Origin: Candidatus Planktophila sp.
GTDB taxonomy: Bacteria; Actinomycetota; Actinomycetes; Nanopelagicales; Nanopelagicaceae
Length of the DNA: 56,887 nt
Assembly (NCBI GenBank): GCA_044373255.1
Contig: JBIPNL010000001.1
Location: 1-56,887 of the forward strand
Direction of reading: 5' to 3'
The position numbers and the translations under genes were made by a program. This document shows positions 36,841-47,138 of the stretch, piece after piece (the first letter of the stretch is position 1; each line of letters begins with the position of its first letter). A model generated the notes under the pieces. The model had not been told where the DNA came from. It worked only from the letters and a program-made list of their open reading frames with translations, and ran no database searches.

Positions 36841-37872
36841 TTACTCGCTCAGCGTAGGGTTCTTATCTTTGAGTTCTAGTAGTGACCTCAGACTCGTTAC
36901 GCGTATGAGGCGCTCTTGGTCGATCACGCCATCAGGTGCGATCCATTCATTGAGGCGACAACTTGGTTCATAGTGAGTGCAGTGGGGCAGGCACCCCTCG
37001 GTGACCTCAGCGATTTCCGGAAAGGCGGCGATGATGCGATTGGAGTCGAGGTGAGCCAACCCAAATGCACGGATTCCCGGTGTATCAATAATCCAGCCAT
37101 CATGGCTTTTGAGTTCAGAGGAGAGCGGCAGAGCTATCGCACTTGATGAAGTGTGTCGCCCACGACCTGTCACCGTATTAACAATTCCGGTAATTCGCCC
37201 GGCATGCGGAACCAGTGCATTAATCAACGTTGATTTTCCAACACCTGAGTGTCCAACTAAAACTGAAGTTTTCCCGCTAAGAATTTCTTTAATTAATGAA
37301 AGGTTACCTTCCTGTGATTGTGCTTTTGAAGAGGAAGTTAAAATCCTGACACCAAGTTTTCTATATTCTTCAACAAAGTCAGGCAACGGAGCTAGATCAG
37401 TTTTCGTCATAAGAAGAATCGGCGTAATGCCCTCATGGAAGGCACAGACTAAGAAGCGATCAATGAGTCCTCGTCGCGGCTCTGGATTAGTTACGGCGGC
37501 AACAATAACGAGCTGATCAATATTGGAAACAATTGTTCGCTCTACTTGCGCCGAATCATCGACCGTTCGACTTAATGAGTTACGTCGTGGCTCTACTGAG
37601 ACTATTCGCGCAAGGCTTCCTTCGGCTCCACTCACATCACCGACAAGTTTTACGCGATCTCCGACAACTACTGATTTTGGCCCAAGTTCACGAGCCTTCA
37701 TCGCCGTGACGATCACAGCATCATCGGTGATGCAGGTTGTTCGACCTCGATCCACTGTTGTTACAAGTGCAAATATCGCATCAGCATGAGCAGGTCGATC
37801 TTTGCTACGTGGGCGTGTACTTCGGGCTGGTCGGATGCGGGCATCAGATTCATCGTATGAATAGGGCGTCAT
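36841..37872 (-). CDS. rsgA: Ribosome small subunit-dependent GTPase A
   Basis: TKTD, GHSGVGKST, GRGRHT, IDTPGIR, C-x3-C-x-H-x4-C zinc site. Confidence 0.95.
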   Translation of the reverse strand: MTPYSYDESDARIRPARSTRPRSKDRPAHADAIFALVTTVDRGRTTCITDDAVIVTAMKARELGPKSVVVGDRVKLVGDVSGAEGSLARIVSVEPRRNSLSRTVDDSAQVERTIVSNIDQLVIVAAVTNPEPRRGLIDRFLVCAFHEGITPILLMTKTDLAPLPDFVEEYRKLGVRILTSSSKAQSQEGNLSLIKEILSGKTSVLVGHSGVGKSTLINALVPHAGRITGIVNTVTGRGRHTSSSAIALPLSSELKSHDGWIIDTPGIRAFGLAHLDSNRIIAAFPEIAEVTEGCLPHCTHYEPSCRLNEWIAPDGVIDQERLIRVTSLRSLLELKDKNPTLSE

Positions 37873-39161
37873 GAAAGAAGACTCATCCAGAGCCCTGGAA
37901 AATCAGGAAGTGTTTTTTTCGTTGTTTGGATGTTTTCAACCAGCACATCCTGAACAACCAATCCAATTACGGCGCCAGCTGTTGCTAAGCGATGATCCTC
38001 GTAGGTATGAAAAACTCCGCCATGCAATATTCCAGCGGTGGGATCAATCCTCACACTCGTTTCATCCTCGATCACTTTGCTACCGAGTGAGTTCAACTCT
38101 GTTGTGAGCGCTGCCAATCGATCTGTTTCATGCAATCGCAGATGGCCAATTCCACGAAGGTGAGATGGTGAATCTGCCAATGCGGCAAGAGCTGCAATCG
38201 ATGGAGTCAGTTCGCCAACATCATGGAGATCGATATCAATTCCATGAATAGAAGCTCCACCCACAAGCTTTAACCCACCATCAACAAATTCGCAGGTAGA
38301 TCCCATACGAGTGAAAATCTCACGCAACTGGTCACCTGGTTGTGTAGTTTTTCGTGGCCAATCAGAGATTGTCACGCTTCCTCCGCAGACCATCGCGAGT
38401 GAGAGAAATGGTGCAGCATTTGATAGATCAGGTTCAATTGTTAAATCAAGTCCTGTGAGAGCACCTGGTGCAACGCTCCAACACTGACGGCCTTCATCGA
38501 CAGTAACTACTGCCCCAAAATCACGGAGCATCTCAACGGTCATATCTATATGTGGCATAGATGGAAGAGCCGGCCCCGAGTGCGTTACTGAAATTCCATT
38601 CACCATACTTGGCCCGATGAGTAAGAGCGCTGATAAGAATTGACTTGATTTACTTGCATCGATTGTGATTGCACCACCTGGAATTTTTCCAGCGCCACTG
38701 ATCTTCATCGGCAAGCTATAGCGACCACCATGGTCAATCTCAATGCCAAGTTCTTCAAGCGCGCAAATAACAGGACCCAGCGGTCTTTCATACGAGCGAG
38801 GATCTCCATCGAAGGAGATCTCTCCGCTTGCTAGTGCTGCTAGAGGAGGAAGAAAGCGCATTACTGTTCCAGCATTTCCTACATTGATTGTTGCTGGTCC
38901 CGTGAGCTTTTTCGGCGTAATAATCCAATTACCAAGGCCGTCATCGCTGATAGAGGTACCGAGCGCTTGAAGGCCATCGACCATTAACTGGGTATCGCGC
39001 GAGAGCAATGGTTTGCGCAACGTTGATGAAGTTTCTGCTTGCGCTGCGAGTATGAGCGCGCGATTTGTGACTGATTTAGATCCAGGAATAGTAACGGTGA
39101 GATCTACCGCTTTGCGTCCGCGATAAATCGCAGGCCACGGTGCAGATGTCGTTGATTCCAT
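37869..39161 (-). CDS. aroA: 3-phosphoshikimate 1-carboxyvinyltransferase
   Basis: PGSKSVTNR, GNAGTVMRF, SSQFLSALL, RLHETDR, DHRLA, KTLPDF; start ATG 39161. Confidence 0.97.
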   Translation of the reverse strand: MESTTSAPWPAIYRGRKAVDLTVTIPGSKSVTNRALILAAQAETSSTLRKPLLSRDTQLMVDGLQALGTSISDDGLGNWIITPKKLTGPATINVGNAGTVMRFLPPLAALASGEISFDGDPRSYERPLGPVICALEELGIEIDHGGRYSLPMKISGAGKIPGGAITIDASKSSQFLSALLLIGPSMVNGISVTHSGPALPSMPHIDMTVEMLRDFGAVVTVDEGRQCWSVAPGALTGLDLTIEPDLSNAAPFLSLAMVCGGSVTISDWPRKTTQPGDQLREIFTRMGSTCEFVDGGLKLVGGASIHGIDIDLHDVGELTPSIAALAALADSPSHLRGIGHLRLHETDRLAALTTELNSLGSKVIEDETSVRIDPTAGILHGGVFHTYEDHRLATAGAVIGLVVQDVLVENIQTTKKTLPDFPGLWMSLLS

Positions 39162-39193
39162 ACACACAGTCTACCCGTCGTAGACTTATCGGC

Positions 39194-39916
39194 GTGTGCG
39201 GTCGATATGCAAGAACTCAAGGCGCTGATGAGATTTTCTCCAGCTTTGATTTAGCCTCTAACGAGGTCGATCACTCACTCCCACTCAATTGGAATATCGC
39301 ACCAACAAATGAGATTTACATTATTCGCGGAGAGATGGCTCTGAGTACTGCATCGTGGGGAATGATCGCGCCATGGTCAACTGATCCAATATCGGCGCGA
39401 AACTCTCAATCACATGCCATTAATGCCAGAAGTGAATCGATTCACGAGAAGCCAACTTTCCGAGATGCTTTTCGTAGAACTCGCTGCATCATTCCAGTCA
39501 ATGGATATTACGAATGGGCGACTGCACTTGGTGAGTATCCACCGAAACAACCGTTCTACATGAGCCCTGATCCAAAGATTTGGGATACGGCATTTTCTGT
39601 AGCGGGAATTTGGAGTAGATGGATTTCCCCCACTGGCCAACAGATTGATAGCGCATCGATTATTACTCGAGAAGCAGTCGGAGATTTAGCGACGATACAC
39701 AGTCGTATGCCTGTGATTCTTCCCAAAGAGCGTTGGAAAAATTGGCTAGACCAGGAGCAACGCGATCCCTCCTTTTTACAGAAGCTCATGAGTACTGATC
39801 AACCCGATCACGGTGTCCTCATCCACCCCGTTTCCAGTCGCGTTAATCTGGTAGCTAACAACGGGGCTGATTTGATTACCCCGATTACTCTCGGTGAACC
39901 GACAACACTCTTTTAG
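39194..39916 (+). CDS. SOS response-associated peptidase (SRAP/YedK family, abasic-site protection)
   Basis: GTG 39194 gives MCGRY with catalytic Cys2; NIAPT, INARSE, YYEW, HSRMP. Confidence 0.93.
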   Translation: MCGRYARTQGADEIFSSFDLASNEVDHSLPLNWNIAPTNEIYIIRGEMALSTASWGMIAPWSTDPISARNSQSHAINARSESIHEKPTFRDAFRRTRCIIPVNGYYEWATALGEYPPKQPFYMSPDPKIWDTAFSVAGIWSRWISPTGQQIDSASIITREAVGDLATIHSRMPVILPKERWKNWLDQEQRDPSFLQKLMSTDQPDHGVLIHPVSSRVNLVANNGADLITPITLGEPTTLF

Positions 39917-39967
39917 CCACGAGGTCTCGATGCGATTTTTTTCCCTTGCTGAGATAGCCTAGAAGCA

Positions 39968-40594
39968 ATGACATCAAAGGATTTAGTTCTAGAAAGCGCC
40001 GCTGACCGAACGCTTCGGTTTGAGCGAGACGCTCTTGTTTTCATGGATCAGCTCTATGCCGCTGCTCTTCGATATACAAAAAATCCTGAAGATGCACGCG
40101 ATCTCGTGCAGGACACATACATCAAAGCATTTACCTCTTTCCATCAATTTGAAGACGGCACAAATTTACGCGCCTGGCTCTATCGAGTTCTCACAACCAC
40201 ATTTATTAATTCATATCGAAAGAAACAGCGCCAACCACTAATTGCCAATAACGAATTAGAAGATTGGCAGATTGATCGTGCGCAGAGTCACACCAGCGAC
40301 TTGGGAAAGTCAGCTGAAGTAGAGGCGCTCGAAAATTTACCTGATAGCGACATTAAGAATGCGCTACAAGAACTCCCTGATGAATTTCGAATGGCTGTCT
40401 ATCTTGCAGATGTTGAAGGCTTTTCATATAAAGAGATCGCCGAAATCATCGACGTTCCAGCAGGCACTGTGATGTCGCGTCTGCATCGCGGCCGTAAGTT
40501 ACTACGTGAGAAATTAGCGGATTATGCACGCGAGCTCGGTTACACAGTTGATCAAAGTAAGAAATCATCTCCTGATGAGGGGGTGAACCCATGA
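39968..40594 (+). CDS. sigH: ECF sigma factor SigH/SigR
   Basis: [55 protein letters not shown]. Confidence 0.9.
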   Translation: MTSKDLVLESAADRTLRFERDALVFMDQLYAAALRYTKNPEDARDLVQDTYIKAFTSFHQFEDGTNLRAWLYRVLTTTFINSYRKKQRQPLIANNELEDWQIDRAQSHTSDLGKSAEVEALENLPDSDIKNALQELPDEFRMAVYLADVEGFSYKEIAEIIDVPAGTVMSRLHRGRKLLREKLADYARELGYTVDQSKKSSPDEGVNP

Positions 40595-41019
40595 GCCCTT
40601 TCGGAGCAGAGCAGATGAGCTGTCCTGAAGTTCTAGCCTCTATCGTGTTTATTATCGAAGATGCAATCGATCAGGTCGAGCGTCCCGATGATGTGCGAGG
40701 TCACATTGATATCTGCCCACAATGTGCGCGTCAGCTAGAACACGAGATGCTCACGCATTCCATCCTGATGGATGCCCTGCGCAGATCATGTGTTGAAAAA
40801 GCACCATCAAGCCTTTATGAGAGCATTCATAACCAATTGATTAACAATCAATTATTTGGCTCTCAGGAAAGTACTGAAGTGGTCACCACATATTCAAGAA
40901 CTGAAATTTCTATCGAAATAGATGAGTTCGGTAATGTCGAACATCGTGAAATTCAGATTGAAGAGACTCATATTCAGCAGATTAATTACGATCAAGGATT
41001 ACCGGGGGAGAAGCCCTGA
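40591..41019 (+). CDS. rshA: Zinc-binding anti-sigma factor RshA/RsrA
   Basis: C...HIDICPQC (HxxxCxxC), RSC.EKAP; overlaps sigH stop. Confidence 0.8.
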   Translation: MSPFGAEQMSCPEVLASIVFIIEDAIDQVERPDDVRGHIDICPQCARQLEHEMLTHSILMDALRRSCVEKAPSSLYESIHNQLINNQLFGSQESTEVVTTYSRTEISIEIDEFGNVEHREIQIEETHIQQINYDQGLPGEKP

Positions 41020-41423
41020 TGAGGCCGGCTGAAGAGATTATTGGCGCTGTGGGACTCTCCACCATGATTGTCAGACCGGGCGATACAACGGTAGCTATGG
41101 GTATCTCTGATCTACCAATTTTGGCAAGTTCTCACATTATGCATTCAATGGAGAGCGCAACCGTTGCAGCGATCACTGAGTATTTGGAATCTGGTGAAAC
41201 AACTGTTGTTGAAAAGTTTGAAATTACGCTCCTTGATTTAGTTGGAATCGGAGCGGAAGTCAGATGTACTGCGCGATGCATCGATGTAGAAGGACGCGAA
41301 TTAACTTTTCTCTGCGATCTTTATGAAGGAGAACGTCACATTGCACAAGGTGTAATAAAGAGAAAGGCGGTGGAACGAGTGTCTTACCTCGCTCGCACCG
41401 CCGCTCAATCTCTCTTGCAGTAA
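41019..41423 (+). CDS. Hotdog-fold thioesterase (FlK-like)
   Basis: DTTVAMG..DLPILAS..ME.A, GETTV, EGRELTF pattern. Confidence 0.75.
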   Translation: MRPAEEIIGAVGLSTMIVRPGDTTVAMGISDLPILASSHIMHSMESATVAAITEYLESGETTVVEKFEITLLDLVGIGAEVRCTARCIDVEGRELTFLCDLYEGERHIAQGVIKRKAVERVSYLARTAAQSLLQ

Positions 41424-41819
41424 TTACTTCTTAGTGGCCCAGAAGATTTCTGCAATTTCATCAATCTTTGCGATCAATGAATCTGCAACTGCAACATCCT
41501 GAGTTCCCTTTGTTCCTGCAGCACCAGCGAGCTTTGTCGCTTCATTAAAGAGCGAGTGCAACTGTGGGTACTGCTCGAAGTGAGGAGCCTTGAAATAATC
41601 AGTCCAGAGAACCCAGAGGTGCTCTTTGACTGCATGTGAACGCTCTTCTTTAATTGCTACAGAGCGTGAGCGGAAATCAGCATCAGCATTGGCGGCATAT
41701 TTTTCCATGCACGCTTTTACTGAGAGAGCTTCGATGCGTGCCTGGGCAGGGTCATAGACTCCACAAGGCAGATCGCAATGTGCATAAACGGTGAGACTAG
41801 GCTTAAAGAAATTTTTCAT
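41424..41819 (-). CDS. sodN: Nickel superoxide dismutase precursor
   Basis: Leader MKNFFKPSLTVYA then Ni-hook HCDLPCGVYDP; LWTDYFK; IFWATK; start ATG 41819. Confidence 0.97.
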   Translation of the reverse strand: MKNFFKPSLTVYAHCDLPCGVYDPAQARIEALSVKACMEKYAANADADFRSRSVAIKEERSHAVKEHLWVLWTDYFKAPHFEQYPQLHSLFNEATKLAGAAGTKGTQDVAVADSLIAKIDEIAEIFWATKK

Positions 41820-41838
41820 GTATGGCAGACTACATTGT
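41820..41838. promoter_or_regulatory. Overlapping bidirectional -10 elements for sodN and sodX
   Basis: TAGTCT (-, 41827-41832) and CAGACT (+, 41826-41831), each 7 nt from a start codon; only 19 bp between starts. Confidence 0.65.
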
Positions 41839-42162
41839 GTGAGACTTTTTAGCACCGTAGAAGTAGACGGCCCATCTATGGCCCCCACGTTTATTCCAGG
41901 GGATCAACTCTATGTCCGTTGGTACTCCCGCAAGGGGGCTAGGGCTTCGGCTTTGGCCGTGGGAAACATCGTAATTCTGGAACGCGACGAACAGCCAGGA
42001 GTCTTCTACATCAAGCGAATTACTCAGATCACAGCCGAAGGCGTTTGGGTCACTAGTGATAACCCAAAGGGAAGTGATTCATCGAAGTGGGGTTGGTTGC
42101 CACCACATTCAATTAAGGCGAAGTATCTCTTTCGAACAAAGAAAGCTAAGCGCGATAATTAA
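41839..42162 (+). CDS. sodX: NiSOD maturation protease (S26 family)
   Basis: V.GPSMAPT..PGD, IKRI, SDNP..SDS..WG; adjacent to sodN; start GTG 41839. Confidence 0.9.
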   Translation: MRLFSTVEVDGPSMAPTFIPGDQLYVRWYSRKGARASALAVGNIVILERDEQPGVFYIKRITQITAEGVWVTSDNPKGSDSSKWGWLPPHSIKAKYLFRTKKAKRDN

Positions 42163-45100
42163 CGAGTAAAAGCCTCATACATCAATGCTTTTGCTTCATC
42201 TTCGTGCAGATGATGATTTCCAGTTGCAGGAGATGCGGTCGCGCGACGTGAAACTCGCCTCAAGATGCGAGAACCAAATCCATGTCCACCATGTGCTTCA
42301 GATGTGCGTAAGGCAATGTGTGACCAAGGACCTTGGTTTGCCGGTTCATCTTGAACCCATAGCAAATTCGCTTGTGGGTGCGCGTTGGCAACTTCTTGCA
42401 TCTGATCAATTGGCAATGGATAGAGAAGCTCCACACGAGCAATCGCAGTTGTGTGCTCTCCGAGTCGATCACGTTCTGCAACAAGATCGTGATAAATCTT
42501 TCCAGAACAGAAGATAAGACGCGTTGCATTCTGAACTTTCTCATCGGCGATTACAGGATGGAATGTTCCTGAAGTGAAATCACTCAGAGATGAAGCTGCT
42601 GCCTTTAAGCGGAGCATCGACTTTGGTGTGAAGACAACCATCGGACGACGAGTTGGGTTTGCCATATGCCAGCGCAATAAGTGGAAATATGATGCCGGGC
42701 TTGAAGGTTGAGCGACTGTCATATTCTGCTCAGCGCACAGTTGTAGATAACGCTCGATTCGCCCCGATGAGTGGTCCGGACCTTGTCCTTCATATCCGTG
42801 CGGAAGTAAGAGAACAACAGATGAGCGCTCTCCCCACTTTTGAAGCGCTGAAGAGATGAATTCATCGATGATGGTTTGTGCACCATTGCTGAAGTCACCA
42901 AATTGGCCTTCCCACATGACTAGCGCTTCAGGGCGCACAACAGAGTACCCATACTCAAATCCCATGGCAGCAAATTCTGAAAGAAGGGAATCAACCACAA
43001 AGAATTGATTCTCATCTGTGATCAGTGAGCGAAGTGGGGTCCACTCACTTCCATTCTCCTTATCAATGACGACTGCGTGACGGTTACTAAATGTTCCACG
43101 GCGTGAATCCTGACCAGCAACGCGAATTGGATGACCAGCCTTCAAAAGAGATCCAAATGCGAGCAACTCTCCCATCGACCAATCGATGGTGGCGTCATTG
43201 AGCATCTCTACACGCTTTTGTAATTGTGGAAGGAGTTTTGGATGAACGTTAAATCCTTCTGGAATTGCAATCTGTGTTGCTGCAATTTCTCTAGCCAGCG
43301 CTTCAGTGATCGCAGTTGGAACTTCCTCTGCTGCTGGCGGAACAGGAACTTTAAAGTTTTCATCATGCTCTGGCTCGTGGTTATTTACTGAAGCAAAGAC
43401 TGCTTCAAGTTGATTCTGATAGTCGGTTGCGATTTCATCAGCTTCCTGCGGAGTGATATCACCGCGCCCAACAAGAGCTTCTGTATAAAGGGTGCGCGTT
43501 GATCGCTTTGCATCAATGAGTTTGTACATCATTGGCTGCGTGAAGCTTGGCTCATCACCCTCGTTATGCCCACGACGTCGGTAACAGACCATGTCGATTA
43601 CGACATCTTTATGGAAAGCCTGACGGTATTCGAAAGCGATGCGCGCAACGCGAACACACGCCTCAGGATCATCTCCATTAACGTGGAAGACAGGTGCAGA
43701 AATAATCTTCGCCATATCTGTTGAATATGTTGAGGAACGTGATGCATGTGGTGAAGTTGTAAATCCAACTTGGTTATTAATAACAATATGAATAGTTCCA
43801 CCTGTGCGATATCCGCGTAATTGTGAAAGCTGGAGTACCTCAGCGTTGACGCCCTGTCCGGCAAATGATGCATCGCCATGTAGGAGTATCGGCAAGACTG
43901 AGTAGGCATCCTTGATATTGATGCGATCTTGCTTGGCGCGAACAATTCCTTCGAGCACTGGATTAACAGCCTCTAGGTGTGATGGATTAGCAGCGAGATA
44001 GATCTTTGTTGTAGCCCCAGACTCAGCGGTGAAGACACCTTCGGTTCCGAGGTGATACTTCACATCACCAGAACCGTGCACTTCATTTTCTGCATAGTGA
44101 CCTTGGAACTCTTGAAAGATTTGCCCGTAAGACTTTCCAGCAATGTTTGCCAGCATGTTGAGGCGCCCGCGGTGTGGCATTCCAATACACACTTCATCGA
44201 GCCCGCGATCGGCTGCAGCGGAGATAATCGCATCGGTCAATGGAATAACTGACTCGCCACCTTCGAGTGAGAAACGCTTCTGCCCCACAAACTTTGTCTG
44301 TAGGAATGATTCGAATGCTTCTGCGCTATTGAGTTTACGAAGAATACGCAACTGTTCGTCGCGCTCTGGTTTTGTGAATCCGATTTCCACATGCTCTTGA
44401 ATCCACTTACGCTCTTGCGGATCTGCGATATACATATATTCAATACCGACTGAGCGACAGTAAGAATCACGCAAGATTCCAAGAATCGTGCGTAGTTTCA
44501 TAAACTTCTTTCCACCAAAACCACCAGTGGCAAATTCGCGATCAAGATCCCAAAGAGTTAGACCGTGGGTCACAACATCAAGATCTGGATGTGAGCGTTG
44601 CAAATACTCAAGCGGATCCACATCTGCCATGAGGTGGCCGTAGGTGCGATATGCGTGAATCAATTGTTGAACACGAGCAGTCTTATTGATCTCTTCATCA
44701 CGTGAGAAATCAAAGTCTGATGCCCAGCGAATTGGCTGATAAGGAATACGCAGCGCTGTAAAAATCTCATCGTAGAAATTCTCAGCACCGAGTAAGAGTT
44801 CATGGAGTCGACGAAGGAAGTCACCTGAGGTAGCTCCTTGAATAATTCGGTGGTCATATGTACTTGTTAAAGTAATTACTTTACTGATGGCATTACGCGC
44901 AATTGTCTCTTCGCTAGCTCCAGCAAATTCAGCGGGATAATCCATAGCGCCAACACCGATAATCAAGCCTTGGCCTTGGACAAGGCGCGGAACTGAGTGC
45001 ACTGTTCCGATCGTTCCTGGGTTTGTGAGCGAGACTGTGGTTCCAGCAAAATCTTCAACAGTAAGAGTGCCACCGCGAGCTTTAGCAACAGTGGATTCAT

Positions 45101-45992
45101 AGGATGCCCAGAATTGTCCGAAGTCGAGGGCTTCGCATCCCTTAATCGATGGCACCAATAATTGACGTGATCCATCTGGTTTTGCCAGGTCAATTGCGAT
45201 TCCAAGGTTGATATGTGTTGGGCGACCAATTGCTGGCTTGCCATCTAATTCTGTGAAGAAGGTATTCATCTCAGGCATTTGGCGAAGTGCTTTGATCATG
45301 GCGTAAGCGATGATGTGGGTGAAAGAAACTTTTCCTCCGCGACCGCGCTTCAAGTGATTGTTAATTACGGTGCGATTATCAATCATCAACTTGGCGGGAA
45401 TTGCGCGAACAGATGTGGCAGTTGGAACGGTGAGCGAACCTTCCATGCTGGCAACTACGCGACTTGCAACTCCACGTAATGGTTCAACAGTTGCATCAGA
45501 TGGTGTTGCAAGAATCGGTGCCGGTGCATGCACAACTTGTGCGGGAGTTGGCTGAGTCGTAGTCGCTGCAACCTGTGCGGGAGTCGACTGAGTAATCGGT
45601 GCTGCAACTGGTTGAGCAACTGGCTGACTCATCGGTGCTGCAACTGGTTGAGCAACAGGTTGTGCTGGTGTTGCCACGACTTGCTGTACAACAGGAGCGA
45701 CGACTGGTTGTGCCGGAGTAGCTGCAACCGGCTGAGCAACAGCTGCAGCTTTCTGTACAGACTTTGGAATAGGCGGTGTGCCTGCCTTGGGAGCAGATGA
45801 TGCTGGCGCCGCTGATGTGCCTGCCGCTGATGACGTCACTGATGGTGAAGATGCTCCACCGGCTGCGCGCGTTTTAAAAACTTCAATCCACTCTGCTGTT
45901 ACCGAAGATGGATCGCTCTGATAGCGCTCATACATCTCTTCAACGAGCCAATCATTTGCTCCGAAGTCTTGCCCTGGTTGCGTAGCCGACAC
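42159..45992 (-). CDS. kgd: Multifunctional 2-oxoglutarate decarboxylase/dehydrogenase (E2-E1 fusion)
   Basis: FGANDWLVEEMY, TYDHRIIQG, GQKRFSLEG, HGDASFAGQG, GHNEGD, GPDHSS; SD GAGGAG before GTG 45992. Confidence 0.97.
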   Translation of the reverse strand: MSATQPGQDFGANDWLVEEMYERYQSDPSSVTAEWIEVFKTRAAGGASSPSVTSSAAGTSAAPASSAPKAGTPPIPKSVQKAAAVAQPVAATPAQPVVAPVVQQVVATPAQPVAQPVAAPMSQPVAQPVAAPITQSTPAQVAATTTQPTPAQVVHAPAPILATPSDATVEPLRGVASRVVASMEGSLTVPTATSVRAIPAKLMIDNRTVINNHLKRGRGGKVSFTHIIAYAMIKALRQMPEMNTFFTELDGKPAIGRPTHINLGIAIDLAKPDGSRQLLVPSIKGCEALDFGQFWASYESTVAKARGGTLTVEDFAGTTVSLTNPGTIGTVHSVPRLVQGQGLIIGVGAMDYPAEFAGASEETIARNAISKVITLTSTYDHRIIQGATSGDFLRRLHELLLGAENFYDEIFTALRIPYQPIRWASDFDFSRDEEINKTARVQQLIHAYRTYGHLMADVDPLEYLQRSHPDLDVVTHGLTLWDLDREFATGGFGGKKFMKLRTILGILRDSYCRSVGIEYMYIADPQERKWIQEHVEIGFTKPERDEQLRILRKLNSAEAFESFLQTKFVGQKRFSLEGGESVIPLTDAIISAAADRGLDEVCIGMPHRGRLNMLANIAGKSYGQIFQEFQGHYAENEVHGSGDVKYHLGTEGVFTAESGATTKIYLAANPSHLEAVNPVLEGIVRAKQDRINIKDAYSVLPILLHGDASFAGQGVNAEVLQLSQLRGYRTGGTIHIVINNQVGFTTSPHASRSSTYSTDMAKIISAPVFHVNGDDPEACVRVARIAFEYRQAFHKDVVIDMVCYRRRGHNEGDEPSFTQPMMYKLIDAKRSTRTLYTEALVGRGDITPQEADEIATDYQNQLEAVFASVNNHEPEHDENFKVPVPPAAEEVPTAITEALAREIAATQIAIPEGFNVHPKLLPQLQKRVEMLNDATIDWSMGELLAFGSLLKAGHPIRVAGQDSRRGTFSNRHAVVIDKENGSEWTPLRSLITDENQFFVVDSLLSEFAAMGFEYGYSVVRPEALVMWEGQFGDFSNGAQTIIDEFISSALQKWGERSSVVLLLPHGYEGQGPDHSSGRIERYLQLCAEQNMTVAQPSSPASYFHLLRWHMANPTRRPMVVFTPKSMLRLKAAASSLSDFTSGTFHPVIADEKVQNATRLIFCSGKIYHDLVAERDRLGEHTTAIARVELLYPLPIDQMQEVANAHPQANLLWVQDEPANQGPWSHIALRTSEAHGGHGFGSRILRRVSRRATASPATGNHHLHEDEAKALMYEAFTR

Positions 45993-46285
45993 TGGCGCGC
46001 TCCTCATAGATAAGTAATAACGATTCGTCCTAGACCTAAGACTATCGGCTCGGGCCAGCCTCAGAAATCGTTGAAAGCGCGAGATAGCGCACACTTACAA
46101 GGCATTGGCCGGCGGCGAATCGGGGACTCTGCTGGCGCTGATGTAAGTGGTGGCCCCGGGCTACCCCAGTGATCGGTCCAGATTCGAGAGGGCGGTGACC
46201 GGCCCGGTTCACTCGCGTGCTGACTCGGGCGACCGCACCAGAAAACAAAGATGCGCAATCCCGACATGGTTGGGAGAGTTCTCAC

Positions 46286-47089
46286 ATGAGCATTTCCGAT
46301 TCCGCCGGCTCCTCCCAGACGAGTGCTGCGACTACGCCACCCGTAGCAATCGTGACCGGTGGAAGCCGGGGGCTTGGTTACGAAGTTGCGCGTGGATTAG
46401 CCGCCAGGGGTTATCACCTCGCATTAGTTGCACAGAACGAGAACGGGCTATCGGGAGCGCGTGAAAAAATCCTGCAAGGTTTCCCTGGAATTATCGTGAC
46501 TACACATGCAATTGATTTTGATGTGAGTAAGCCTGGTCAGATAGAACGTGTGCGCCAACAATTGGGCGAACTTAAATCAAAGCTTGCAACCCCTTCAACA
46601 CTCGTTATTGCTCATGGCGTGATGAGTGAAAAGATGTCAAAGACCATGCGCACCACAGATCATGAATGGCGTCGCGTCCTTGCGATTAATCTTGATTCGG
46701 TTTTTATGATTGTCAACGAATTAGTTCCTGCAATAGCCGAAGCTCGTCATGGACGAGTAATTATTTTCTCCGCATGTCTTGGTCGCATGTCAGGTCCAGG
46801 TAATGCTGGCGGACTTGCTCCATATCGAATTAGCAAAGCTGGCGTTAATGCTCTCGTTCGAAATCTTGCACACGAGACTGGACTTGGCGCTCGCGGAGTG
46901 CTTGTCGATGCAATCTGCCCCAATCATTCACGTACAGATATGGGTGGACCCGATGCCCTTCGTAGCGCTGAAGAAGGTGCCGAAACTGCGCTGTGGTTAG
47001 TTGATCGTACATTTAATACAAATAGCGACAATGAGATTGAAAAGACAACTGGCGTACTGTGGGAAGACCACCAGATTGTTCCCTGGTAA
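46286..47089 (+). CDS. Short-chain dehydrogenase/reductase
   Basis: TGGSRGLG, YRISK, RTDMGG; likely start ATG 46286. Confidence 0.9.
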   Translation: MSISDSAGSSQTSAATTPPVAIVTGGSRGLGYEVARGLAARGYHLALVAQNENGLSGAREKILQGFPGIIVTTHAIDFDVSKPGQIERVRQQLGELKSKLATPSTLVIAHGVMSEKMSKTMRTTDHEWRRVLAINLDSVFMIVNELVPAIAEARHGRVIIFSACLGRMSGPGNAGGLAPYRISKAGVNALVRNLAHETGLGARGVLVDAICPNHSRTDMGGPDALRSAEEGAETALWLVDRTFNTNSDNEIEKTTGVLWEDHQIVPW

Positions 47090-47138
47090 CACCCCCACTG
47101 CTGTTTCACTTTTCACATCTGCGCATTAAGATCTGCGG

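Noticed and set aside
46040-46285. GC-rich kgd/SDR intergenic region as a riboswitch or ncRNA
   Set aside because: No recognisable aptamer or terminator; the probable kgd -10 (TAGTCT near 46038-46043) lies downstream of it
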